Origin: Camelus dromedarius
Lineage: Eukaryota
Reading direction: 5' to 3'
DNA length: 64,000 bases
Assembly: GCF_036321535.1 (NCBI RefSeq)
Contig: NC_087469.1
Location: forward strand, 12,214,001 to 12,278,000
A program made the position numbers and the translations under genes. Position 1 is the stretch's first letter; each line of letters opens with the position of its first letter. Below are positions 38,800 to 51,102 of this stretch, piece after piece. Below the pieces are notes generated by a model. It searched no databases. It saw only the letters and a program-made list of their open reading frames with translations, and was not told where the DNA came from.

Positions 38800-40285
38800 T
38801 ATTACTATCCTGCCCTCTTGAAACATCGTTTTTCTTTCTTACCCTATACTTTTTTGCAAATAATCTCCATTTTTAATCTCCAGTTGAATTTTCTATTAGT
38901 GCTTTGAGATGCAACTCAAGTTCCATTTCTCCATAAAGACTTATCTGTCTGTTCCAGCCAATACAACTCTCCCTTGTCTCTGGTTTTCTGTTGCCTTTTA
39001 AAAACATGTGGTATTTTCTATCGCTTCATAACTGACTTGGGTATGTGTGGTTTTAAACTCTTCTGAGCTCCAGCTTATGTTACCAACTGCCTACAGAGAC
39101 CTCAAATTCTACCTGTGTCAGGTAGAATCCATAATCTTGTCAAAGACCCTGCTCCTCTTCTTGGACTCATTTCAGTTCAGTTTCCCAGTTACTTACATAA
39201 CTAAGTATGTAAGTGTTTCTTCTCCATCACAGCCTCCTCTAACCCATCCTGTTAATTCCAACTTTCATGCATCCCTTAAATCATCCTTTCTTGTCTCCAG
39301 TGTCTCAGCCTTCTGTGAACATCTCTTGACGAGATTAATGCAATAGCAGAGGGCAGAATACATTGATATCACCCAGGAAGCTTTTTCAAAATACCCTTAT
39401 TTATCTTCCCATCACCCCATATCACATCAGAAACTTGATTGAGGGAAAAGATAGAAAACTAAGGGAAAAAACTAAGTTTGTGGATCCTGCAAAAGCTTCC
39501 CAGGTTATTCTGATACACTTCCCATCACTGCTGAGAACCAATGTTTTAATCTTTCTCCTCTCGAGCCCCTTCCCCCTCTTCTCCCCAAATTACTTTTCAA
39601 AACCTCTAATAATAATGGCTCCTCACTGCCTTTCAGAAACAAGCAAACAAACAACAGATTCCTTAGCCTGGCTTTCACGTTCTGGCTCCAGGCCACCTTA
39701 CTGACCTGGTTTCCTCCCATTCCTTCCATGCCCCATAGCTTCCAGCCAAACCAAACTAGACTTTGTTCCTCCAGACATACCACGCCCTTTTACAAGCCCA
39801 GGCCTTGATTCATGCCACCTCATCTTGAGATTCCCTTCTGCCCATCTCACTAGCCCTATCTGCGAAAATTCCGCTTAACTTTCAATGTTCAGACCAATTC
39901 CATCTCCTCCACCAACTCTTCACCAATTTTTACTCTCTTCCAGGCAGGGTTAGCTGTTCCCTCCTCTACATTTTCATCTCCTTCTACTCACAGTGTTAAT
40001 CTCTAAATAACAGAATAGGTGTGCCATCTTTCTTGACTCCCTCCAAAAGGATATGGGTCCCTTCTTTGGTCCCCTAAGTAACTTTTTATACCTCTGTTAT
40101 AGTTACATCCTGTTCTACTGTGTGTGTGTGTGTGTGCGTGCGTGCTGGGGAAAGGAGTCTCATAACCTGTTTGTCTGTTAATGTAGACCATGAACTCCTC
40201 AAAGACAGATACCATCTCATCCTTCTTTAAATCCCCAGCACCAAGCAAGCATCTGGAATTTTACTGGGCACTGAATAAATAATGC
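38800..40285 (+). mobile_element. Degraded L2 segment(s)
   Basis: Pyrimidine-rich body ('ctcaaattc...ccctgctcctct...actagactttgttcct...ttccgcttaactttcaatgttcag') ending 'tagaccatgaactcctcaaagacagatacc...ccccagcacc...gcactgaataaat'. Internal boundaries uncertain. Confidence 0.7.
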
Positions 40286-42364
40286 TTCAGCCAATATCCA
40301 GAATAGACATCGTCCCCTCAGGAAGCATGTACCGGCTCTCAGAAGTGACAGTGCCTTTCTTCTGCCCCTCCAGCAGACTGCCAATACCGCCTTCTACTGA
40401 AATGACCTGTTTATGAGTTCATATCCTTAACTAAGACTTCAAGTTCTTTAGGGGTGGGAACCCTGTTTTCAGCTTTTTCCTGCCGGCAGCACATTGCACA
40501 GCGCCTGACAAATAGTTCCACTCACCCATGTTCTGAAATAAGTAAACTGGATGCGCTGTCACTCCCTTCCAGATGATAAGTGCTTCGAGGACCCCCACCG
40601 CATCTTGTACCACTGTCACAATTTCAGTAACGTCTCTTCCAGTACTGGACTGAGAGCGAGCATTCAACAAACTATCTGGCAATCAAAAAATTCTTACTGA
40701 ATATTCCTGAAGCGGCTTGGGCCTGCCTTGAGAGGATGCCGTGTCTGTCTTGGCTGTATTTCCAGGAAAGGAGGGCTTCAGTCTTTCAGTGGCTATCTCC
40801 CACCTCTAACTGCCGCCCTGTACACACCCTGGTATTTCAGCGTGATGAGTCCTGTCACTACAGAGGCCACATCTGCCACTTTCCAACTCCCAGCTTATTT
40901 ACCTGGTTTAATATCAGCCACCTCCCTCCTCTCCAGTCGTCCCAGTATGTTCACCAGGATGGCACGTGCCATATAAACCTTGACCAGGAGTAAAAAAATA
41001 ATGCCTACTTATGTGAAAAGTTCTAGTCCAACAAAGCTGAGGGTTGCATGGCTCTTCAGTGTGCTTACATAATACACAGGCCTACTGGGTAATGAAAAAT
41101 GGTTACATTACTTTATCCACAACTGAAGGGTTCTGGAATTTTGTTTTTAAGAATAAGCTGAAATGTCAGGATATTTGTGGAAATAAATCCAAACTCACAT
41201 TATTATTAAAATAAAAGTTATGAAGATACTGTGGTATGTTTTATTTTAGGCAGTAATAATAATTACCATGTTTTTAAAAAGCATAAACATAATAAAAGCT
41301 CCCTTTGTCTCCACTGTTCAAGAAAAATAGCACAAATACGCTTCTACAAGTTTATAAACTGCCCTACTATTCTTGAATGCCTGGGCACAACTTAGCTGAC
41401 ACCATCACCTAAAACATTGAGTTAGGTACTGAGCAACCAATGAGGAGACAGTTCTTCTGGAAGTTGGGAAATTACATTAACTCAAGTTAAATAAAAAGGG
41501 CAAACTCAACATTAATCATAGCAGATCGACTGGGAGGATGGACAGAAAGCAGGGCTGTCATCATGTATATCACAATAGCAGAGACATCAAAAACTTTTAG
41601 TTTTTTTCCAGGTAGGTCTATGTATGAAATTACATGGTGTCAGAAAACAATGACCTTGACATGGGATACAGGTGGACTTTAATTCATATTTATCATTGTA
41701 TTTAAAAGTCCTCAGAGTCAGGATCATGCTAAAATTCTATGATCTAGGATAGGTCATTTTCTTTCTGTAGTGAGGTCAGCTGTGTGATTAGCCGCAACGC
41801 AGTATTTTAAGGCTCCATCAAGGAGAACAAAATAAAATCAGGAATTGAGGCAACAGGACAGATGAGTCTTGGGAAATCTGACACTAGAAGAAAGGTTGGT
41901 CTGGGCTTGCATGATTCTGACTGATTATCTACGTGACAGAAATTCCTTGGTATAAAAGGGAGTAATCTGGAATATCCAAAATAACCAGTCCTAATACAGC
42001 AAGGACAGGTCCCCAGTTGAGATCACCACTCTGCAGACTTGAGTTGCCATTTCAGATCATTTCTCAGATTTGCAAGTAGTGAAAAGAAAAAAAAAAAAAC
42101 ATTTTGAGAAGCTAGCATTATCCATCCTAAGGTCCTCATGTACTATGTCAACGTGTTACATATAAAGAAAGCTCAAAATCATTCAAACTGTCTCAAATGT
42201 GCAAAATAGTTGATTCTTGAAACCAACAAAGGGCATCATATTGAGGCAACTTTTCCTGCTGATTGTGAGCTTTTTAAGGGCAGTCTACATCTTGGGTCCC
42301 ACAAATCAACGCAAAGCTACGACAGAATTCCTCTAAGATCTCAAGTGTAACCTTGAAAAGTAAC

Positions 42365-42560
42365 GCACGATGGCACAAGGAGCTGAGCTGGAAAGCTGAG
42401 GTCTTCGTCTTGTGATTCAGCACCGTGTGTTTCTTAACCTTGGATAAGCCAAGACTCCTTTTGGTCTTCAGTGTCCCCTTACGTATGTCAGGGGGAAAAT
42501 AAAATAACCAAACTCTTTCAAAAGTATGAGGATGAATTAGATTGTGACCATTAAGGACTA
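42365..42560 (+). mobile_element. MIR SINE
   Basis: 'gctgaggtcttcgtcttgtgattcagcacc...aaccttggataagcc...ggtcttcagtgtcccc...tatgaggatgaattag'. Confidence 0.65.
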
Positions 42561-45500
42561 GTTTTTTGGGAAAAGATTTTGCAGCAATAACAATGACCTG
42601 TTTCCTTCAAGAGGCTGAACAATTATTCTATGAGTTCTTGACTTTTACTTGGGTGAGCTGGTCTCCCTGGGGTAATGGCACTGGTGTTTCCTGTTGGATT
42701 TTATGTTAGTGCCACCTGGTCAGTGGTTGGGGAAACCAGCTGGCCAGGAGGAACTAAAATAAAGAAAACCCGAAGGGGTAGGGACTGGTAGGGATTGAAG
42801 GCTACAGAGGCATTACGGAATTGCTAACGTTTTGAAGGAAGGCTAATCCTAGATTCCCTGTGAATACCCTCCCACAAGACTCTGTTAGCAGTTCAGCATC
42901 TCACATCTCCTCTTCCATCCTCCCAGATCTACACTCAGAGAAATGAGGAGGGGAGGAATTTCCTCCAAATCGTCACTGTTTCTCTTACATTGACTTTCAC
43001 ATGAAATGAAAACATAAAAAAATCCAGCCCTAGATTCCACGTAACTTGTCTTAGAATATTCCTGGGAGTTTTATGCTCTACGTAAAAACACCAACTGTCA
43101 AAATAATATAATTATTTTTCAAGGAAATCCCAAACATCTACAGTTAGCCTAGCAAGTTTATATAAATGGAATCATGCCCACATGCCCTCTGCCTTAGAAA
43201 AATAAATCTGGGGAGAAAAGATAGCTTCATCAAAGCATCCTCTAGAGATGGAATCCTCATTTCTCAGATTTGCTTATTTTAAAACCCAACTCCTTGAATG
43301 TGTAACACCATAGCCAAATGCCACCTCTTCGCTAATTGAACAAACCATTAGGAGCTTTCTGTTTGCTTCCCAAAATATCACAAGAACAGTTTGTTATGCT
43401 GGTTGATTAGCACCGGAGAAAGTCTTCATTTTGCTAACATGTGTCACGTTATCTTATGAGTACTACGAACACTACGTTGCAAAGGAAATTAAATGAGCAT
43501 TTTATCTCTGAAGGCCTCATACAGTTAAGGTGTGCTATTTATTTTTAAAAAGGAAGGGGCAGCTCAACTTTGTTCTCCCAACTTGGAAGGGGAAAAAAGA
43601 AATCCAAAAGGGTTTTTTGGGGTTTTTTTTTTTTGCACAGTGATAACCACGATAGGTGTATTTGCTGTTTAACTGGAGAATCTCAATGAAGAATATTCTT
43701 TTGAAAAAGAAATTGTTTCCAGTTAATGGGAGGACCGAAGATGAGTTTAGTATTTTGGACCACACACTGCTGTGTAAGTGGTCATTTTCTATCATCCTGA
43801 GGGCAAATGGGTAAACGGAAGCAGGAGAGCTACATCCTGCTTTATCCTCTGTACACACACCTGTGATCTTTTGCTTCCTTCTGGATAAGCTGTTCTTCGA
43901 ACATGCCAAAAGATGCTGTTTTTTTCCTTTATTGTTTAAAGATATTTGTATTTTTAGGGCACAGGAGATATAAGGCGCAGATAATATTTTGACCACCTTG
44001 TGCTCAATATGTAAAATACTAGAGGTGGCGTTTCCATTTTCAAGCCCAGGTTGGGTCTTCTGTAGGATTTGGAAGTTTTCTACTTCCTGAAACGACACAG
44101 CATGGTGTAAAATATTTGGCTTAATGGTTGAACTTGAACCTGCACCTTTAAAATGTCGGGGGATTGACCTTGGCCACGAGATTAGCTGTTCCTTTTCAGA
44201 TGATCCAGCAGAAATTAAGTATCTGCAGGGGGCACAGGCTAAGAGATGGGGCTCCCTCCAAGCCTGTTCTCCCATGGGCATGAGCATTCCTTCCAGCTCC
44301 GTGGAAAACTGCACTCTTCTGCAGGGCAAAAGGGCTGGTTTCCACTGCTTCAACCATGGAGACCCTGAGCCTTTCATTAACCTCTTTGTCTCTTTAGCAT
44401 TCTGAAGTGGAAATACTAACCAGCTTTGCAGTACCTCAGTCGTTTCCCCCTCATTTCACCTTTTACCAAAGAACTGGTCAGAAGATGGGGCTCTCCATGT
44501 CTCTCTGTCCAAAATGCTCTGAACAAGTCACCAATACCAACTTCCCAGGACACAAAGGCATCGGAAACATATGTTTACATATGTTCCTCGGAAAAGATAT
44601 GGAACTTTATCACAGATCAATTTTCCTTGCTCACAATTCCTGGCCTAGAGTTGCTGTAGGTTCATGCAGATGTGTGCTGGAAATTAAACAGTGTGCTACC
44701 AGGGTGGCCGCAATTAAATTCGGACTTGCATTCAAACCATGGCCTGCTCTGCATTTCTTCAAGAAGTTTGCTTTCTATAGACATTTCAGAATGTCTCTGC
44801 ACAAAAGAAGGAGGCAGGGTGACTGGGCCCAAGTCCCTTAAATCAAGGCAATGAAAACGGGAAGGAAGAGAATGTATTTGCAGGGTGCCAAAGGAGCTGT
44901 TCATATGCATGAAGATCTCACACCTCCAATTTAGGCTGCTTTCTTAGGGAACCCCAAAGTTATTCCACCCAGGTTCACAACGCTGACGACAATCATTATT
45001 TGGAAAAGAAAGAAATGAGCTCATCGTGAGTATCAACCCAACAGCATGTGTCATAAAGTGGGATGGCTCCTCAAAGGAAAAAACTTCCTCTGCATTCAGA
45101 TAAATCCCCTTTGGACTTAAGATACATTTTGGAATTGAAATGCTGACTCTTAGCAAATTCTGACAATATTCAGGAGTCCTGGGCTCATGCCCGAATTAGA
45201 TGGCTTGAGGGGAGAAAAAAAAAAAAAAGATCAACTAAGAACAATTTGTTTCTAGACAATTATAATGGTACAATATTTTGAAGGGAAAACAAAATGGAGA
45301 ACTAAAACAGGTATGTGATTTTTTAAATTTGCAAGTGTGTCTGCTTTTCAGCAATACTTTTTGAAAATGGAATTCAAATTTGATCTGCCTTCTGACTTTT
45401 TCTATATGGAATCGGTTTTAGTCACTTTTATTTATTTGAAGAAATACAGATTATATAAAGTCAGATTTACTGGGAAAAATTCCCAGTGTTTTCATGTTTA

Positions 45501-46459
45501 TGTCAAATGCCCATTTGAAATACTTCCCTAAAAATCTATTTTGAGAGTGTGACTCCACACCCTCTGAAAACTTTGGGACTTATCAGAGGAGTTGGCCTGT
45601 TCACAGAAGATAATCGCTTGTGCATAAATGTCACTGAAAAGAACAGCTATGGTTAGTGAAGGTGCAAAATAACATAACCCCAAGATACACAGCCACGCAA
45701 ATGATAGTCAAAGCTGTTTTTTGTAATGCACATTGGAAAGTTACCACACACATTTCACATGCAAGCTTAAATGATCTGAAAAAGACAATTACCAATTCAG
45801 GCTGAACTGATTTCAACATTTGAGCAAATCACAAACAGCAGGTCTGGCAGGGCTTAAAATTTCCATCTAGTTGTTGAGATGGACCAAAAAATAAATAAAT
45901 AAACAAATGGGAGGCCTGACAGATGACTAAGACTTTTCTCATGATTTTTTGAAACAGAAAATGCAGCAGAAAATACAACCACGGAAGTCCTTGTGAAGAA
46001 ACTGCCTTTGGCATCCAGGCTGGAGCAAACAAGCTCCCAAGACACCTCCCCCTCCCACCCCCACCGACCGGACCCCTTCACTCTCGGTGTATTTCCTCAT
46101 TTCGTGAACGGTATTGCTGAGCTGTTTATCAAAACAGTGTGCAATAAAAACGGCTACACTCAACTACTCTACGAACTCCTGCAATTTTCTCCCTCCTCCT
46201 GGACAGAGGCCACTAGTAAGGAAAAGCCTCCGGAAGGGGAAAAAAAAAAAAAGCAGAGCAGTGAAAGCAAAGAAACAATAGACAACCGGGGCTTTGACAG
46301 AGCCTTCCCTCAGCCTTCTTTCTGCTCCTGCTGTGACACTTGCTTTCAAGAGCAAGGGCGGCTGCTATGGGATGGATGGACAATGGACGGAGGGAATACA
46401 AGGCAGGGGGGAAAAAAGGAAATCAGATGAATTCTGAGCTAAGATGGCAGGGCTCTCAC

Positions 46460-46662
46460 CTTTTCCTTTAAAAAAAATTTTTTTTTAATTTTGCGAATAG
46501 TCTGGATGGAGATATCCCGCAGAGAAGAAATGAAAAGGGTGTCTGAAATGCTGGATGGTTCTGAAGGCTTCTGCATTTGCAAACGCGTTTTAGAACTCTT
46601 TGCAGGGCAATACTTGCTGCCAGCCATCTCTCTCCCTCCCTCCCTCTCTCTTCTGTTTTATG
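46460..46662 (-). promoter_or_regulatory. Candidate promoter and first exon of a minus-strand transcript
   Basis: On the minus strand: CATAAAA TATA variant (46662-46656), GA-rich leader, ATG at 46627 with G at -3 and +4, and donor AAG|GTGAGA at 46460/46459. Motif-based inference only; gene not recognised. Confidence 0.35.
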
Positions 46663-48189
46663 TCCTGCAGTCTCCATCACACCTCTATTAGTAAGAAGAC
46701 TTTCTGCCCGTGTAAGTAAGTGAGAGTGGCATTCCTTAGTGCTTGAATCAGGACCCATGTCTGCATGCATTTCCAATTTAAGGAGCCTGCAGCGGTTACT
46801 ACAACTATCAATTAGTCAGCAAGAGCTGAGACCTTCACCGCCTCTGAACGAACAAAGGTGGAAAAATAAGCATCTTAATCACACAACTTGCTAGCTACAA
46901 GTGAAAGCACCTTTTCCTGTTTAGCTCCCAAATCTATGTAATATTATAGGCTATTAATGTACCCAGATGCATAATTAGGTGTGGAGTGTCTAAAAGCTTA
47001 TGTTTCTTTGGCATCATTGGGGATAAAATGTGTTAAGCTGAACTGAAAGCAAGTACCTGGTGACAAATAAGAGTTTATGACATATCTGATCCATGCTCCG
47101 TTTTAATTAACCACCACCAGAACGTATATTAACTGTATGGTAGAGTTCTTTGTCCATTTCAGTGGCTTTTAGGAAAGAAACTTACCAAATAATAACAAAA
47201 AGAAGAGAGGGAAATATTCAGCTATAGAAAAGCATGTAAGAAGACCTAATTATTCTCCACAATAGATGAAACTATTTTGGCTGAAATTCAAGTCTAGATT
47301 TTGTTTCACACTGGGTGGGTTTCTTTGGGCGTGTGTGTGTGTATCATTTAATTGCGCACATTCTGAATACCAGCTTACACTGGATATATCTGTTGTAACT
47401 TGCACTGGGTGTATTTTGTGCTAACCATCTGAAACAATATAAGGAATATAAAGAATTCTTTTATCTCATTTTGCAGAAACCTCAAAAAAATCCACACTTT
47501 TGAAAAACAATGCTTTGTCTTTTAGTTTTCAAGGACATCAAAATAGCGTTAACTTGAATACATAAGAAGAAAGAGGAAGGTGTAAGTAACAGCTGGTCTT
47601 CCTCACTTTTGAGTACGGATAACTGCAAAGGCAACAGTGTACTTCTGTTTCTGATGTGATCTGTGACTTTGCCCCTCTTTTCTGGTGCATAAAAAACTGT
47701 GTTTCTTTCTTCAGCCCTTGTTGTTAGAACTGAAATTATTTTCAAATAAGGTAAGGGAGATACCCTGGAGGTTAATATTTCTTTTTAACTCTATAAATAA
47801 AACAGGAATTCTCACGTGCAGACATGTATTCACAGCCAAGCTGTGGCCGGGGCTGCAGAACAGTCCTACCTTCTTTCCCTCTGCTAGTCATTCCTCTTCT
47901 TAGGACCACCTACCTCAAGAGCAATTTCTGTTTTCTTTCTTCCCAGACAAAATGACTCCAACAATACTTTTACCCCTTTTAACCCGGGAGGTAACTACAG
48001 AAGCAGAGGAATTTGGAGAGAATACTCAAGGAGAAAACCCCAACAAGAGACCCAAAAACCTGAGTTGCAGGAACAGGGATGGAAAGGCTAGCAAGCTTTT
48101 ACAATGAGGAGAGGTGTCAGAAACCCAAATCCAGGGAAAGCAAGTCCCTGTGAAAAGACAACAGGGGTAGAGAGGGAGGCTCAGGAATC

Positions 48190-48930
48190 CCCCTCTCCGC
48201 CGCCACCACCACCACCACCACCACCACCACCACCACCAGCACCACAACCACCCTGCAAACCCTGTCACTTAAGGCAGAAAAAATTCCTAACCACGTGGAG
48301 AGGGAGAAGGGAAATGGTGCTAAATAGCTGGCGAGGTGACCCACCGTCCTGTTTGCTCCTTGGCTCTCGCCGAAGGGAATTACAGCCACAGCAGTGACAA
48401 CAGAGCCGAAATGTGCCAAGTGCAACCTCTGCCGGGGGCTCTCTGCCTCCCAAAAAGGAAAGAAAAGCCAGCCTCAGGCAGAACACAACGGAAGGAGCAG
48501 GCGCCGGCGGCAAGTCACGGACCCCATCGAGCACCGGCCGGTCTCTGAAAGCCCCGGATCAAGGGTCCCATTCACAGGCAGCGGAGAAGCAGAGACAATG
48601 GCAAGTCAAAGACTGGCGGGGCTGCTGGAAATCATTTAATTCCTCACTCCAGAGTTTAGACGGCTGGCTAGAGCCAGGCACACAGGCGAGAGCTCCTTCA
48701 CACAGAGGCGCGAGCAGACGCCCGCCTCTCTGAGGACGTATTTTTAGACCTCACATCAGGGGGAAGGCAGCCCGCGCGCCCGGCCGCAGCATCCACGTCC
48801 CCACAGGGCAGCAGCCTCTTTCTCACTCTGAGGGCAGCGGAGGATCAGAGGAAGCAGCCCACGTTTCTCGCCAAGCCAAAGGTCGGTTAAGAGGACCCCA
48901 CACCATAATCCATTGTCTCGGCGCTCAGAA
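48190..48930. promoter_or_regulatory. CpG-island-like GC-rich segment
   Basis: About 39 CpG in about 740 bp by hand count, far above the flanks; includes E-box CACGTG at 48292-48297 and 'cccgcgcgcccggccgc'. No repeat recognised here. Confidence 0.65.
48197..48238. repeat. (CCG)2(CCA)12 trinucleotide repeat
   Basis: Two CCG units, then 12 perfect CCA units (48203-48238), then degenerate 'gcaccacaaccacc'. Confidence 0.97.
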
Positions 48931-50751
48931 AGTATGCAACACATTTTCAAGACGTGTTCCAAAATGAGGTCATGCCGCGTGGCAACCTGCTCACATCCTA
49001 TCTTTCCACAGGTGACTTATTCTACCATCCAAAAGCACGACCAGAAGCAGGAATCACACCTTGAGAAAGACAAGTCAAATACCACAGACTGAGGACAAAA
49101 AAGTATCTGGCAGGACATGTGTTATTAGCGAACATGCCCTAAACTTTTAAACTTCTCCAAACAATGATATTTATGAAAAGCAAGAAACGAATGATGGTTT
49201 CTGTCATGGACACGTGCACTGAATTTGAGTATTCTTCCCATTCACGTCAAGCTTCAAATATGTAAAATAATAAACACAACCGAGAAATAGCCCAGCTCCT
49301 TAAAAACACAAGCAGAGAGCCAGGAGACAAGCTCAGCCTTTGCAAACAAATGAGGCATCATCTGATATGTTTTTGTTTGAGCCTGAGAATTTTTCATTCA
49401 CACAGAGGATTAAAATGTCTCAAAAGATTTATTTTAATTTTGCATGCTAGAGTACACTTATTAAATATAAGTGTGGACATATACAAAAATTCTCAGGTTA
49501 ATTTAAATGTATGGAGGCACTTCAAGGGATTGCAGGTCAAACAATCCAAAAAGAAAGTAACCACAGGAAACAATCTCTAACCACATACCAATCTCTGAAG
49601 TTTCATACCCCGCTTAGAACGCCATGGGCGCAAGGTGATAAATGAAAAGAATGAAAGCAACCCCTATATTCCAAATGAAATGACTAAAACCAAGAGCATA
49701 ATGCCCACTTCCTTATTTTTGAGTTGGAGTTTGTTTCTGTCAGAACTGGTTTTTTTAAATGTCATATATATGAGAATATATATAGATATATAAATGCATA
49801 AAAGAGAGGCACAAAACGAATTCTTTTCAACTCTACAAAGAAGCATTCTGAGTTTTGATTTTCCTTTAAGAGGAGAAACAGCTTCTAATTGCACACTGTA
49901 AATCTCACTAGGACTGAAGGCTCTCGCAAGGGTTGACAAAGAATTCATATCAGACCAAAAGGCTTCTTTCCATCAGTTTCCTATAGCTTTCTTCCACCAG
50001 GTCTGGGCCAAAATGAATGCAGAATCCTGAGCTGAACTATCCATCACATTTTCCCAGTCTTTCAATTAATGACCCTGCAATCAGATCGATAGAATGTAAT
50101 AAGAAAAGAGCTTTGCATTTCTATACCTATTAATTCGCTGAGTAACTCCAGCAGTAAAACGTGACTTGAAAGGAAAAACACTCAAGGAAGATGAATTCTC
50201 TTAGCATGCTGAGCAAGGACTCCCTGACCCAAAAGTGAACACTGGTGTTTCTACTTTCTAACCAGGGTTATCAGGACCCAAAGATCAGACTGCTCTGGCA
50301 GGAGCAAGCTTATTTCTTTTTCCACAAAATTCTCTGCAGTATACTCAGACCACCACAGGTCTAGTCAAATTGGTCATTTTTCGGGAGTTTGGAACAAACA
50401 TCCCTGAAATGAAGGATTAGCCAGGGCAGCCAAACTGCCAAATTTGTGATCCTAGTTTTCTAGGGCATTCTGCATAAAGGAATTAGATTTAGAAAGAAGG
50501 GGACAAGGAAAGAATGATGAGAATGCTAATGAAGGTTGGCCCCATCCCAAGTCATTGCCTTGGTTCGAGACAATGCAAATAGTGACAGACAACAGTGCAA
50601 CATGGTGTCTGAAAGCTTCGTGTTTATCACCAGAGACAGGGGGCTGGGAAAGCCACGTATGAGTTCTCTGGGAAGGAGGAGGCAAAGAAAGGCTGTCCTA
50701 AGATGCTCTCTAGAAACATGTGCTTGCCCAGTGTTACTGGAGGGGAACGGT

Positions 50752-51102
50752 GACTTCATGAACTCAGAAGCAGAGAGTAGAATGGTGGTTGCCAGGGCCT
50801 AGGGGGTTGGGGAAATGGGAAGAGGCTGATCAAAGGGTACAAACTTCCAACTACAAAGACAAGGAAGTTCTGAGGATCTAATGGACAGTAAAGTGACTAT
50901 AGTTAACAATATTATACCACATACTGGCAATTTGCTAAGAGAATAGATCTAAGTGGTGTTCACGTCCCCACATGAGGGGATGGATGTGTTCATTAGCTTA
51001 ACTGTACTAACGATTTTACAGTGTATGCATGTATCAAATCATCACGTTGTACATCTTAACTATATACAATTTTTATTTGTCAATTATACCTCAGTAAAGC
51101 TA
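50752..51102 (+). mobile_element. L1MA-class 3' end
   Basis: 'aactcagaagcagagagtagaatggtggttgccaggg...aaagggtacaaacttcca...gaggatctaat...gtgactatagttaacaat...tgctaagagaatagatct...atcaaatcatcacgttgtacatcttaac...tcaattatacctcagtaaagct'. Confidence 0.92.

Noticed and set aside
40484-40494. CGGCAGCACAT, matching the U6 snRNA 5' region
   Set aside because: Only 11 nt match; flanks do not continue the U6 sequence.
42416-42424. REST/RE1 left half-site TTCAGCACC
   Set aside because: Right half (GGACAG) absent, and the site is inside a MIR.
44407-44841. 144-aa plus-strand ORF
   Set aside because: No recognisable homology or splice context; length within chance expectation.
48026-48425. Poly-Trp, poly-Pro and poly-Val ORFs
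   Set aside because: Translations of the (CCA)12 repeat in different frames; no other support for coding.
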